In this document: one piece after another, positions 51,608-61,154 of the stretch
How positions within the stretch are numbered: position 1 is the stretch's first letter
Layout: every line of letters starts with the position of its first letter
Source of the DNA: Deltaproteobacteria bacterium
GTDB lineage: Bacteria; Myxococcota_A; Polyangia; Polyangiales; Houyiibacteriaceae
Length of the DNA stretch: 64,000 nt
NCBI GenBank assembly: GCA_034670305.1
Contig: JAXMNT010000002.1
Location: 32,001 to 96,000, forward strand
Reading direction: 5' to 3'
Notes under the pieces: generated by a model
Seen by the model: only the letters and a program-made list of their open reading frames with translations
What the model was told of the DNA's origin: nothing
The model's database searches: none
Translations under genes and position numbers: made by a program

Positions 51608-52387
51608 CTACCGACCGCGGAGCCTGCGACGCCGCGCGCGCAGGACCGCGCGGTACTCACGACCGATGCGGGCGAGTTCCCAGCCGGCTTTGAGTCCGTC
51701 GGCCGGTCCGATCTTCGACCCGGCGACATGCCGCCACTCGCGCAACGGCAGTTCGACGATGCGCTCCGCGACGTCGCGATGCGGTTCGGACTGCACGATG
51801 AGCCTAGCCAGGATTTCGACGTCGAAGATCCAGCGCGAGAGAAACGGGCGCCCGAAGATGACCCGCAGGTCGTCGCTGGCCCGAAAGAGTTTGGCGCCGC
51901 ACTGGGTGTCGTAGACGTTCAGCGCGAGCACGTTGCTGACCGCCGTGGCGAACCCGCGTCCGTAGAGGTGCCGGTAGGTCTTTCGTTCGATGACCCGGCC
52001 GAGCAGGCGCACCCGCGCGCCGAACACCATGTCGACCTCGGCGGACCGTTCGAGCACCGCCGCGAACCGGTGAAGTTCCTCCAGTGGCGTGGCCAGGTCC
52101 GCGTCCCAGAACCCAACGAAGTCCGCCCCGTGTTCCGCACGCAGCGCCTCCGCGACGCCTTGCCGGACCGCTTCGGCTTTGCCGCCGTTCCGCTCCAACT
52201 TCAGCATCGCGAGGTTTGGCTCGTCGGCGCAGAGGGAGGTCAGTACCGCCGCGGTCGCGTCGGTGCTCCCGTCGTCTACGAAGAGGACGTGCAGGTCGTG
52301 CCCCGGCAGCCGAAAGCGGGCGAACGCCGGCCCATCGAGCCGCTCGGCTTCGTTGTAACAGGGGACCACGAGCCACACGCAAGACAT
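51608..52387 (-). CDS. Glycosyltransferase family 2 (polyprenyl-phosphate glucosyltransferase-like)
   Basis: VVPCYNEAERL, VDDGSTD, GKAEAVRQG, FWDADLATP, DTQCGAKLF, WIFDVEIL. Confidence 0.93.
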   Translation of the reverse strand: MSCVWLVVPCYNEAERLDGPAFARFRLPGHDLHVLFVDDGSTDATAAVLTSLCADEPNLAMLKLERNGGKAEAVRQGVAEALRAEHGADFVGFWDADLATPLEELHRFAAVLERSAEVDMVFGARVRLLGRVIERKTYRHLYGRGFATAVSNVLALNVYDTQCGAKLFRASDDLRVIFGRPFLSRWIFDVEILARLIVQSEPHRDVAERIVELPLREWRHVAGSKIGPADGLKAGWELARIGREYRAVLRARRRRLRGR

Positions 52388-52408
52388 GAGCGACGGGACG
52401 ATGCGCGG

Positions 52409-52906
52409 TCAGAGGGACCGGCGCAAGTGCGTCCTCAAGCCCGAGATGCCGTAGCGGTCCGAGTGCCCCACGACCTCGAAGCCCAGATGCTGCCACCACC
52501 CGCGGTTGTCGGGGCCGCGGCTGCGCGCAGCGGCCCGCAGGGCGGTGCATCCGAACGCTCGGGCCTGCGCCGCGAGGTATTCGACCAACGCCGCGCCGTG
52601 TCCGCCACCACGCACGTCGGCGAGCACGCCCAGCCGGGCGATCTCGAGTGCGTCGTCCGCGCAGCGCCATCGCGTCCCGCCGATCCAACGAGACTGGCTC
52701 CGCACCAACACCGCCCCACCGAGCGCCATCGAGGAAGCCACATCCGCCACCGACTCGAGCAGCGCACTGGACGGTGGCACCCCGTCGAGTTGCGCCGGGG
52801 TCGCATGAAAACAGGCCCGCATCACCGCGTGCACCAGCGTGGCCTGGCCGGCCTCGGCGGCTTGGAATGTGCGGTCTCCGAACAGGGCGCGTGCCGTGCG
52901 ACTCAC
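52409..52906 (-). CDS. GNAT family N-acetyltransferase
   Basis: LEIARLGVLADVRGGGHGAALV and WWQHLGF motifs; GTG 52906 with TACCAT 6 nt upstream. Confidence 0.8.
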   Translation of the reverse strand: MSRTARALFGDRTFQAAEAGQATLVHAVMRACFHATPAQLDGVPPSSALLESVADVASSMALGGAVLVRSQSRWIGGTRWRCADDALEIARLGVLADVRGGGHGAALVEYLAAQARAFGCTALRAAARSRGPDNRGWWQHLGFEVVGHSDRYGISGLRTHLRRSL

Positions 52907-52992
52907 GAACGCATGGTACCCTCCCGCGCTCCACGTCGGTCGGCGACGGTGAATTGCCCCGCGAGTCGGGAAAGACGTTCTGGGGAGGACCA

Positions 52993-53556
52993 ATGGCGCA
53001 GAAAAAGGGCGGCGGACGCACCACCAAACGCGGGTTCGGCGCGATGGACGCCCTGGCGCCGGATGCCGAACTCCCGCCCGCTCCTGCGGTGGTCGTTCCG
53101 ATGTCTGCGCCGCTCCCGTCCCTTTCGACCAGCATCGAGCTCGAGGACGTCCGAGAGGTCGGCACGCCCGCGCTGCTGGCCGGACCCTGGCGCGCGGTGG
53201 AGATCTGGACCCAGAACCGCATCTACGGGTTGGATGCGTCCATGGTGTGCACCGAAGTGACCGACCGCACGACCGGCCAGGCGGCCCCCGACCACCCCGC
53301 CCTGACGGCCCGTCTGGTGGGCGGACAACGCCGAGAAGAAGATGGCCGGATCCGCGAAGTCAGCCACCCGCTCCCAGGCATCGGCGCCGCAGCCGTCTTC
53401 GCGCGCGACCTCGGCAAGCGCATGCATGTGAGCGAGACCTCTGCGGTGACCCGCGTCGTGTTCCGACAGCGGGTGGTCGAACTCGCCGACGGCGCACTCT
53501 CGTGGGAAGAGCTGGCCAAGACGGTTGCACCCGGCGCACAAGGCCGAAAGAAGTGA
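52993..53556 (+). CDS. Hypothetical protein
   Basis: GGAGG SD before the ATG; conserved-looking EIWTQNRIY...ARLVGGQR...SHPLP...SETS; first gene of a coupled operon. Confidence 0.75.
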   Translation: MAQKKGGGRTTKRGFGAMDALAPDAELPPAPAVVVPMSAPLPSLSTSIELEDVREVGTPALLAGPWRAVEIWTQNRIYGLDASMVCTEVTDRTTGQAAPDHPALTARLVGGQRREEDGRIREVSHPLPGIGAAAVFARDLGKRMHVSETSAVTRVVFRQRVVELADGALSWEELAKTVAPGAQGRKK

Positions 53557-54923
53557 CGACGGAAGGCGCGCCCGCCGCCGCCGAAGAAACGCCCCAGACG
53601 CCACCGACCCTGTGGGGTGCGCTCGGCCCTGGGTTGCTGTTCGCCGGTGCCGCCGTGGGGGTCTCGCACCTCGTGCAGTCCACGCGGGCAGGCGCGAACT
53701 ACGGCCTGGCGCTCCTCGGCTGCGTGTTGTTCGCCAACGTCTTGAAGTACCCGGCGTTCCGGTTCGGTCCGATGTACGCGGCGGCCACCGGCACCTCGAT
53801 GCTCGAGGGCTATCGACGGCGCGGGCGCTGGGCGCTGGTGCTCTATGCCCTGCTCACCCTCGCCACGATGTTCACCGTGCAGGCGGCGGTCACGTTCGTG
53901 ACGGCCGGGTTGCTGCTCCACATCACCGGCCTCGCGTGGAGTCCGATCTCCGCGTCGGCGGCGATCACCGCGGTGTGTGTGGGCGTGTTGACCCTCGGCC
54001 GGTTCACCTGGCTCGACCGGGTGACGAAGTTCGCAGTGCTGCTCTTCACGATCGCCACCTTCGCCGCGACCGCGATCGCGCTGCCTCAGGTGAACTGGAG
54101 TGGACCGCTGTGGCCGACCCAAGTCGGGCTGGTGGATCTCGCCTTCATGGCCGCGCTCATCGGATGGATGCCGAGCGCGATCGACGTGTCGGTCTGGCAG
54201 TCGCTCTGGACGCTGGCCCGCGCTCGGCGCACCGGACGTCCTTCGATGCGGACCTCCACGATGGACTTCCACATCGGCTACGTCGGGACCGCGCTCTTGG
54301 CGGTGTGTTTTCTCCTGCTCGGTGCCGCCGTCATGCACGGCCGCGAGGACTCGTTCGCCCATGGCGCGAGCCAGTTCGCCGGCCAGCTGGTCGATCTCTA
54401 CACCGCCAACCTCGGCGCCTGGAGCCGCCCGGTCATCGGGGTCGCCGCTTTGCTCGTGATGTTCTCGACCACGATCACCGTGGTCGACGGATTCCCGCGC
54501 GCGATCACCGTCCTCGTGCAGCGTTTTCGCAGCGCGGAGCGCCCGCTCGGCGCGCCCATGGAGGCCGCGGCTCTTGCGGCAGACAGCGACCCGTCCCCCG
54601 AAACACCAACGCCACCCCGCGACGAAGACGACGTGGACGGTACGTGGCTCTACTGGGCTGCGATCTCCGTGCTCGCCGCAGGCGCACTCGGTCTGCTGGG
54701 GTTCGTTCTGACATCGCTCGGGACCTTCGTGGACATCGCCACCACGGCGAGCTTTCTGACCGCGCCCCTTCTGAGTTTCCTGAACCACCGCGCCATGACC
54801 GGTCCCGAGGTCCCCGAAGCAGCTCGACCGCGGCCGTGGCTCCGCTATGCGAGTGTGCTCAGCATCCTCGTGCAGAGCGCGTTTGCGCTTTGCTACGTCT
54901 GGATCAAACTCGCCCTCAGCTAG
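53553..54923 (+). CDS. NRAMP-family-like divalent metal cation transporter
   Basis: LGPGLLFAGAAVGVSHLVQSTRAGA, KYPAFRFG, GWMPSAID, MFSTTITVVDGFPR. Confidence 0.88.
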   Translation: MTTEGAPAAAEETPQTPPTLWGALGPGLLFAGAAVGVSHLVQSTRAGANYGLALLGCVLFANVLKYPAFRFGPMYAAATGTSMLEGYRRRGRWALVLYALLTLATMFTVQAAVTFVTAGLLLHITGLAWSPISASAAITAVCVGVLTLGRFTWLDRVTKFAVLLFTIATFAATAIALPQVNWSGPLWPTQVGLVDLAFMAALIGWMPSAIDVSVWQSLWTLARARRTGRPSMRTSTMDFHIGYVGTALLAVCFLLLGAAVMHGREDSFAHGASQFAGQLVDLYTANLGAWSRPVIGVAALLVMFSTTITVVDGFPRAITVLVQRFRSAERPLGAPMEAAALAADSDPSPETPTPPRDEDDVDGTWLYWAAISVLAAGALGLLGFVLTSLGTFVDIATTASFLTAPLLSFLNHRAMTGPEVPEAARPRPWLRYASVLSILVQSAFALCYVWIKLALS

Positions 54924-54944
54924 CCACCCGCTGGCCGCCTCACC

Positions 54945-55916
54945 TTGGACCTCCTACTCCCCGCACTCGCCGTCCTCGGAGGGTTTGTCGCCCTCGTCTG
55001 GGGCGCGGACCGCTTCGTCATGGGCTCGGCCGCCACCGCCCAGAACCTGGGGGTCTCGCCGCTGATCGTCGGCTTGACGATCGTGGGATTCGGCACCTCG
55101 GCGCCCGAGATGTTGGTGTCGAGCATCGCGGCCTACCGGGGCGCACCGGGGCTCAGCATTGGCAACGCGGTCGGCTCGAACATCGCGAACATCGCGCTCG
55201 TGCTTGGGCTCGCGGTGCTGGTGAACCCGCTCAAGGTGAACAAACACCTGATCCACAAGGAGCTCCCACTCCTGATCGTGCTGATGGTCGCCGCGGGCGG
55301 TTTGATGTGGGACCACGAGCTCGGTCGGATCGACGGCATCGTCCTGCTCGGTGGACTCTTCGGATTGATCGGGTGGATCGTTTGGGACGGGCTGCGCAGC
55401 CGCGAGATCCCGGAGGGGCTCGAAGACGAACTTCCAGGAGAGATGAAGACCACCACCGCCCTGCTCTGGGTGCTCGTCGGTCTGGCCGTCCTGCTGGGAA
55501 GCTCCGAGCTGCTCGTGTGGGGCGCCAAATCGATCGCCCGTTCGTTTGGCGTGACCGAGCGGGTCATCGGTCTGACGGTCGTCGCGTTCGGAACGAGTTT
55601 GCCCGAGCTCGCGGCGACGGTGGTCGCGGCGAAACGGAACGAACACGACATCGCGGTCGGGAACATCGTCGGCTCCAACATGTTCAACACGCTGGGGGTG
55701 CTCGGTCTGCCCGGCGTGATCCGCCCGGGCGTGGTCGAAGACTCGGTGCTGCACTTGGACTTCCCGTTCATGATCGGCGTGGCCGTTCTCTTCTGGCTGC
55801 TCGCCCGCGTGGTGCCGCCGACGTTCCGACTCAACCGTTGGCAAGGTGGCGTGCTCTTCGCCGCGTACTTCGTCTACTTGGGTCTGCTCTACTTCCTCGG
55901 GGTCGCGGGTCCGTGA
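54945..55916 (+). CDS. Calcium/sodium antiporter (YrbG/CaCA family)
   Basis: Two alpha repeats: GTSAPE...GNAVGSNIAN and GTSLPE...GNIVGSNMFN. Confidence 0.93.
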   Translation: MDLLLPALAVLGGFVALVWGADRFVMGSAATAQNLGVSPLIVGLTIVGFGTSAPEMLVSSIAAYRGAPGLSIGNAVGSNIANIALVLGLAVLVNPLKVNKHLIHKELPLLIVLMVAAGGLMWDHELGRIDGIVLLGGLFGLIGWIVWDGLRSREIPEGLEDELPGEMKTTTALLWVLVGLAVLLGSSELLVWGAKSIARSFGVTERVIGLTVVAFGTSLPELAATVVAAKRNEHDIAVGNIVGSNMFNTLGVLGLPGVIRPGVVEDSVLHLDFPFMIGVAVLFWLLARVVPPTFRLNRWQGGVLFAAYFVYLGLLYFLGVAGP

Positions 55917-56533
55917 CCGACGCCCGACACGCGCCCGCGACCATGCGCAACCGCGCGCCGCTTGCCGAGGTGTTCCGACGCGTCCTTCCGCCGGGAGCCC
56001 GGGTGCTCGAGGTGGCCAGCGGCACCGGCGAGCACGCGGTGTACTTTGCGTCGGAGCTCGACGTGGTCTGGCAGCCGAGCGACGCAGACCCAGACGCACT
56101 CCGGAGCATCGAAGCCCACCGCCGGGCCTCGACCGATCCCGACGTCGCCGGTGGTGCGCGCTGTCATCCGCCGATCGCGATCGACGCGTCGTCGGTGCCT
56201 TGGTCGATCGAGGCGGATGCTGTGGATGCGATCGTGTGCATCAACATGATCCACATCTCGCCGTGGGACGCGTCGGTCGGCCTGTTCCAGAACGCCGGCG
56301 CCCTTCTCTCGTCCGGCGCACCGCTCCTCACCTACGGACCGTACCGCGTGAACGGCGAGCAGACCTCGGCGAGCAACGTGAAGTTCGAACAGTGGCTGCA
56401 CTCCCTCGACCCGAGCTTCGGCGTGCGCGACATCGACGATCTCCGGACGGTGGCGGCCGCCGCGGGGATCGAGCTCGACGCACGGGTGCCGATGCCGGCG
56501 AACAACTTCACGCTGGTGTGGCGCAAAGAGTGA
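55913..56533 (+). CDS. DUF938 family SAM-dependent methyltransferase
   Basis: RNRAP, VLEVASGTGEH, WQPSD, NMIHISPW, YGPY, MPANN. Confidence 0.92.
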   Translation: MTDARHAPATMRNRAPLAEVFRRVLPPGARVLEVASGTGEHAVYFASELDVVWQPSDADPDALRSIEAHRRASTDPDVAGGARCHPPIAIDASSVPWSIEADAVDAIVCINMIHISPWDASVGLFQNAGALLSSGAPLLTYGPYRVNGEQTSASNVKFEQWLHSLDPSFGVRDIDDLRTVAAAAGIELDARVPMPANNFTLVWRKE

Positions 56534-56597
56534 TCCCCGTGGCGGACGCTGCGAAGCACCGGACCGCTGCGCGCGCCTCGCCACCCTCTCGCCAGAC

Positions 56598-57485
56598 ATG
56601 ATCCGCATTCGCCGAGGCCCGCTCTTGATGTTGGGCGCGACGCTCGCGTTCACCATCATGGTGGCCTGCGTGAAAGAAGCCCGGGCGGAGATGGACGCCC
56701 TGGAGGTCATCGTCTGGCGCACGCTCGTCAGCGTGCCGCTGGCGCTCGCGCTCGTCTGGCGCATCGGGCTGCGCGTGAAGGCCAAGAAGTGGCTCTTGGC
56801 GCGGGTCACCCTCGGGTCGATCGCGATGGTGTGCTTCTTCACCGCTGCCAAAGGCCTCTCCGTCGGCGACCTCTCGATCGTCTCCCGCTTGCAGCCGATC
56901 GTGGTCGCGCTCGTCGCCCCGCTGGTGCTCGGCGTCGCGGAACGCGCCGGTGGTCGGGTCTGGGTCCTGCTGCTCACGGGACTGCTCGGTTGCGCGCTCA
57001 TCGTCGGTCCCGGCCTGCAAGTCGGCAACCTCTTCGGGCTCTACGCACTCGCCGCCACGGTGGCCTCGGCGGGGGCCCATGTGTGCGTGCGGCGGCTGGG
57101 TCGTTCGGACGATCCCCGCGTGGTCGTGGTCTGGTTTCAGCTCGCCGCATTCGCGTTCGCGCTGTTCGCGCAGTGGCTGTTGCACGGTTCGGAGGGCGTG
57201 TGGCTTCCGCTGCCTCCCCGACACCTGTGGTGGCCGATCGCCGGCATCGGCGTGTGCGCCACGCTCGGCCAGGTGCTGATGACCTTCGCCTACCGAGCGG
57301 AGCGGGCGCCGACCGTCGCTGCCGCAACCTATGCCGCGCCGGCGTTCGGCATCGCGATCGATCTCATCGTCTTCGCCGTGTACCCGACACCGCTCGCATT
57401 GCTGGGCGGGGTGATCGTGGTCGGCGCGGGGCTGGTGTTGGTGTTTCGGCGCGTGGAGGGCTCGAGCGACGCGCGGGATGTGTGA
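56598..57485 (+). CDS. DMT/EamA family transporter
   Basis: About 10 TM in two EamA-like halves; GQVLMTFAYR...A. Confidence 0.88.
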   Translation: MIRIRRGPLLMLGATLAFTIMVACVKEARAEMDALEVIVWRTLVSVPLALALVWRIGLRVKAKKWLLARVTLGSIAMVCFFTAAKGLSVGDLSIVSRLQPIVVALVAPLVLGVAERAGGRVWVLLLTGLLGCALIVGPGLQVGNLFGLYALAATVASAGAHVCVRRLGRSDDPRVVVVWFQLAAFAFALFAQWLLHGSEGVWLPLPPRHLWWPIAGIGVCATLGQVLMTFAYRAERAPTVAAATYAAPAFGIAIDLIVFAVYPTPLALLGGVIVVGAGLVLVFRRVEGSSDARDV

Positions 57486-57492
57486 CGCGGAT

Positions 57493-57871
57493 GCCCGTGC
57501 CCGTGCCCGCGTGCCCGTGCCCGTGCCCGTGCCCGTGCCTGCTGGGCGCGACTTTGAACCCCGAAGCAGACGCCGAAGCCGATCCCGAAGCCGATCCCGA
57601 ATCCGAAGCCGAATCCGAAGCCGAATCCGAAGCCGATCCCGAAGCCGATCCCGAAGCCGATCCCGAAGCCGATCCCGAAGCCGATCCCGAAGCCGATCCC
57701 GAAGCCGATCCCGACCCCGTTCCCGAAGCCGATCCCGATCCCGATCCCGAAGCCGAAGCCGAAGTCGAAGCCGAAGCCGAAGCCGATCCTGAAGCCGAAT
57801 CCGAAGCCGAGCCCGAAGCCGAAGCCGAAGCCGAAGCCGAAATCCGATCCCGAAGCCGAAGCCGAATCCGA
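57493..57871. repeat. Hexamer tract (GTGCCC)n + (CCGAAG/CCGATC/CCGAAT)n
   Basis: About 370 bp between convergent genes, with a 12-nt higher-order unit CCGAAGCCGATC. Confidence 0.95.
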
Positions 57872-57899
57872 CCCCCGACCCTGAGTTTTGAAAGGCGAC

Positions 57900-60251
57900 T
57901 CAGTCCGGTGAGGGGGGCGAGGCTGGGAGGGCGCGGGCGGTGACGCGGTAGGCGCCGGTCGTGCCGGGAGCGTAGCTGTTGGCGAAGATGCGGTAGGTGC
58001 CGGTGGTGGGGGCGCGCCAAACGAGGCGGCTGTCGGTGCCGAGCGCGTCGTCGTTGCGCGCGATGCGTTCGTCCTCTGCGTCCACCAAGAGCAGGTAGGT
58101 GTCGAAGTCCTCGCTCGACATCGAGATCACGTAGGTGCGTCCCGCTTCGACCTCGATCGGGTACGGGTCGTAGAAGCTCTCGTCCCGCGCGCGCGCGTCG
58201 CCTTCGGCCAACAGCCCGGTCTCATCCAAGAGGAGCGCGCCGGCGAGCACGTTCTGCAACGTCAGTGTGTACGCACCGAGCCCCTCGTCCTGGGTCGAGA
58301 GGTTGGCCGCGACGAACACGACGCCGGTCGAGGTCGCGGTGTAGACGACACGGCTGGCCGCCTCGTTCAGTGGCGCCCCGGCCTGCAGGACCGTGCCTTC
58401 ATCGGACATCACGAAGGTCGCCGGTTGGAAGGACTCGGCGCCCATCTCGATCAGGTACGTCTCCCCCAGCGTGACCGGCAGCCAGTAGCGGTCCATCGGT
58501 GTGTCGTCTTCCCAGAATCGTGAAGACTCCGCATCGAGCACGCCTTCGACGGCCACTTCCGCCCGCAGCTCCGGATCGGTCAGCGCGGTGACGCTCAAGA
58601 CGTAGGCGCCCGTGCGCGCCTCCTGCTCGGAGGTCGCCACGAGCTCGACCTCGCCGGACGCCTCCGCACGCCATACGATCTGCGCCGTCGATCCGAGGCC
58701 TGGCGCGTCGTCGCTCGCCGCCATCTCCCAACCCCGCGCGCTCCGCAAGACCAGCGCCGGATCGACCGCGCGGCTCCGCATCGTCGCGACGTAGGTGGTG
58801 CCCGCTTCGACCTCCAGCGGGTACGCGTCCAAGTAGCTGCCGGTCTTCGGCAGCCGCTCGTCGGTCGCTTCCAGCAGCCCTTCGATCGGCGCACCGAACC
58901 CGAGCGTGGCCACAACCGGCGCCACCGGTCGCGGTTCCGGCTCCGGCCGCAGAACCACCACGAGCAGCGCGGTCAGGGTCGCGGCGAAGAGCAGCGCGAA
59001 GCCCCACGCCAGGAGCCGCGCACCGTCGCGCGCTCCACCCGGCGCACCGTTGCGCGGCGGCTCCCCCGCCTCTTCGAGCCGCTCGTTGTCGCTCTCCGAG
59101 TCCTCGAGCGCGCGTTTGGGAGACTGCACGCCCCACTCAGAATCGAGGGCATCCAGCGCCTTCACCAACTCGGTGGCGGTCTGAAAACGATCGACCGGCC
59201 TCTTCGCGAGCAACGTGTCGAGGATGCGCTGCAGACCCTCGTGCAGGTCGGGCACGGGCGCGGGCGCCTGAGTGGCGTGGGCCATGAGCTTCTTCAGCGT
59301 CAGTCGTTCCGCGAACGGCGGTGCACCGGTGAGCAAGAAGTAGAACGTGCAGCCGAGCGCGTAGAGATCGCTTCGGGCATCCGCGGCGTTCGGATCGTCG
59401 GCCTGTTCGGGCGCCATGTAGTCGAGGGAACCGACCAGCTCGTCCGCCCAGCGCGGACTGCGCTCGCCGCCCATCACGAGCCGCGCGAGACCGAGGTCGA
59501 CGACCTTCACCGTGCCCTCCCCGCGTCCGTCCTTGCTCGGCGGCTCGGGTGCCAAGAGCAGGTTCGAGGGTTTCACGTCGCGGTGCACGAGGCCGGCCGC
59601 GTGCGCGTGCTGCAGCCCCGCCGCAGCCTGGCGCAGATACGCCGCCGCGCGGGGTGCATCGAGCGGACCTTCGGCCGCCACGAGTTGCTGCAGATCGCCG
59701 CCCGGCACGTACTCCATCACGAGGTAGAGGCGGCCCTCGTGTTCGCTCGCGTGCATCGCCGCGACGACGTTGGGATGGGCGCCGAGCTTCGCGACCGCCT
59801 TGACCTCTTCCCGGAACCGCTCGAGGGCGCGCGGGTCCTCGGCGAGCACGGGGCGCATGACCTTGATGGCCACCTCGCGGTCGAGCACCGCGTGACGGGC
59901 GCAGTAGACCTCCCCCATGCCGCCGTAGCCGAGGAGCCGCTCGACCTCGCATTCGCCGAGTTTGGTGCCCGGGGAGAGGAAGCGCCGCTCGCTCGGCTTG
60001 GCGCCTTTGCGCGCACCTGCCGTCTCGTCCATCGACGCGTCCAGCTGGATGGACTGGGCGGCACCGAAGAGCGACCCGAGCACCTCCAGCTGACCCCGCA
60101 ACTCGTCGTCGAGCGCCATCCCATGTTGCTCGGCCCAGGCTTCCGGGGCCGGTGCGTCGCCGTGTTCGAGCGCCTCGACGTACCCATCCAGAAGCGCCAC
60201 GCGGGCCTCGACACTCGGCTCTTCGCTTTCGGGGCTCACGGAGGCGGCCAC
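57900..60251 (-). CDS. Hanks-type Ser/Thr protein kinase with TM and three extracytoplasmic PPC-like domains
   Basis: GYGGMGEVY, VAIK, HRDVKPSN, DLGLA, YMAPEQ, SDLYALG; TM LLAWGFALLFAATLTALLVVVL; DxYxxEVEAGxTY...NDD repeats. Confidence 0.93.
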   Translation of the reverse strand: MAASVSPESEEPSVEARVALLDGYVEALEHGDAPAPEAWAEQHGMALDDELRGQLEVLGSLFGAAQSIQLDASMDETAGARKGAKPSERRFLSPGTKLGECEVERLLGYGGMGEVYCARHAVLDREVAIKVMRPVLAEDPRALERFREEVKAVAKLGAHPNVVAAMHASEHEGRLYLVMEYVPGGDLQQLVAAEGPLDAPRAAAYLRQAAAGLQHAHAAGLVHRDVKPSNLLLAPEPPSKDGRGEGTVKVVDLGLARLVMGGERSPRWADELVGSLDYMAPEQADDPNAADARSDLYALGCTFYFLLTGAPPFAERLTLKKLMAHATQAPAPVPDLHEGLQRILDTLLAKRPVDRFQTATELVKALDALDSEWGVQSPKRALEDSESDNERLEEAGEPPRNGAPGGARDGARLLAWGFALLFAATLTALLVVVLRPEPEPRPVAPVVATLGFGAPIEGLLEATDERLPKTGSYLDAYPLEVEAGTTYVATMRSRAVDPALVLRSARGWEMAASDDAPGLGSTAQIVWRAEASGEVELVATSEQEARTGAYVLSVTALTDPELRAEVAVEGVLDAESSRFWEDDTPMDRYWLPVTLGETYLIEMGAESFQPATFVMSDEGTVLQAGAPLNEAASRVVYTATSTGVVFVAANLSTQDEGLGAYTLTLQNVLAGALLLDETGLLAEGDARARDESFYDPYPIEVEAGRTYVISMSSEDFDTYLLLVDAEDERIARNDDALGTDSRLVWRAPTTGTYRIFANSYAPGTTGAYRVTARALPASPPSPD

Positions 60252-60297
60252 GGTATCGCAAACCGGTGTGGTCCGGTCGAAACGTGCAGTCCATCCA

Positions 60298-60912
60298 TCA
60301 GGTCATCGCCGAACGAAGTTGTTTGAGCGCGCGGACCCAGAGTTGCCGGATGGCCGCCTCCGTCTTGTCGAGGCGCGCCGCGATGTCGCGGTGGGAAAGC
60401 CCCTCGAAGTGCCGAAGCTGCAAAACCTCTCGGTACTCGAGCGGAAGGCGGTCGATGGCCTCGAGCAGCTGCATCGCCTCCTGGCGGGTGGCGGCCTGTC
60501 GGCTTGGGGTCGGCTCGTGCGCCGGAAGGCGGGGCTTGTCGCCCCCCGGCCGACCGGTCTCCACCACGCTTCCCGCCACCGCCTTCTCCGCCGCGACGTT
60601 GCGGCGGTCCTGGTGCCAGAAGCGCAGGAGGTTGCGCGCCTCGTTGCGCACGATCGTCACCAGCCACTGCTGCCACTCGCCGGGCGAATCTCCGCGGAAC
60701 TGATCGAAGCGTTCGATCGCGGCGAGCAGACTCTGCTGAACCACATCGGTCACGTCGACCTTGCCCTCGAGCCGACCGGCGAGCACGCTCCGCGCGACCG
60801 CCCTCAGGTACGGCCGCAGCCCGTCCGCCGCCTCCCAGAGCGCATCCCGGTCGCCTTCGCGTGCGCGCACCAGCGCGTCGCGAATCGCCTCGTCTCGCTC
60901 CTCCCGGGTCAT
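60298..60912 (-). CDS. ECF sigma-70 factor
   Basis: Region 2 LRPYLRAVA...KVDVTDVVQQ...FDQFRG...WLVTIVRN; region 4.2 LPLEYREVLQLRHFEGLSHRDIA. Confidence 0.93.
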   Translation of the reverse strand: MTREERDEAIRDALVRAREGDRDALWEAADGLRPYLRAVARSVLAGRLEGKVDVTDVVQQSLLAAIERFDQFRGDSPGEWQQWLVTIVRNEARNLLRFWHQDRRNVAAEKAVAGSVVETGRPGGDKPRLPAHEPTPSRQAATRQEAMQLLEAIDRLPLEYREVLQLRHFEGLSHRDIAARLDKTEAAIRQLWVRALKQLRSAMT

Positions 60913-60948
60913 GCCACGCGAGCATACCGCGCCCCGGCCCCGCGCCCC

Positions 60949-61082
60949 GTCGGCGTCGGCATCGGCGTCGGAGTCGGCTTCGGCTTTCGGCTTCGGCTTC
61001 GGGTGTCGGCTTCGGCATCGGCATCGGATTCGGCTTCGGATTCGGCATCGGCATCGGCATCGGCATCGGCGTCGGCATCGGC
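60949..61082. repeat. Hexamer tract (TCGGCN/TCGGAT)n
   Basis: Seen directly between the caspase and ECF genes. Confidence 0.9.
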
Positions 61083-61154
61083 CCCCCAAAAGGAACCGCC
61101 CGGACCGCTCACGCGGCCCGGGCTCGTTTCCCGTTCGTTCGACCTTCGTCGACC

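Noticed and set aside
53525-56533. 1002-aa ORF ending in DUF938 as a fusion protein
   Set aside because: Only the last 206 codons (from GTG 55913) look coding; the rest overlaps two transporters out of frame.
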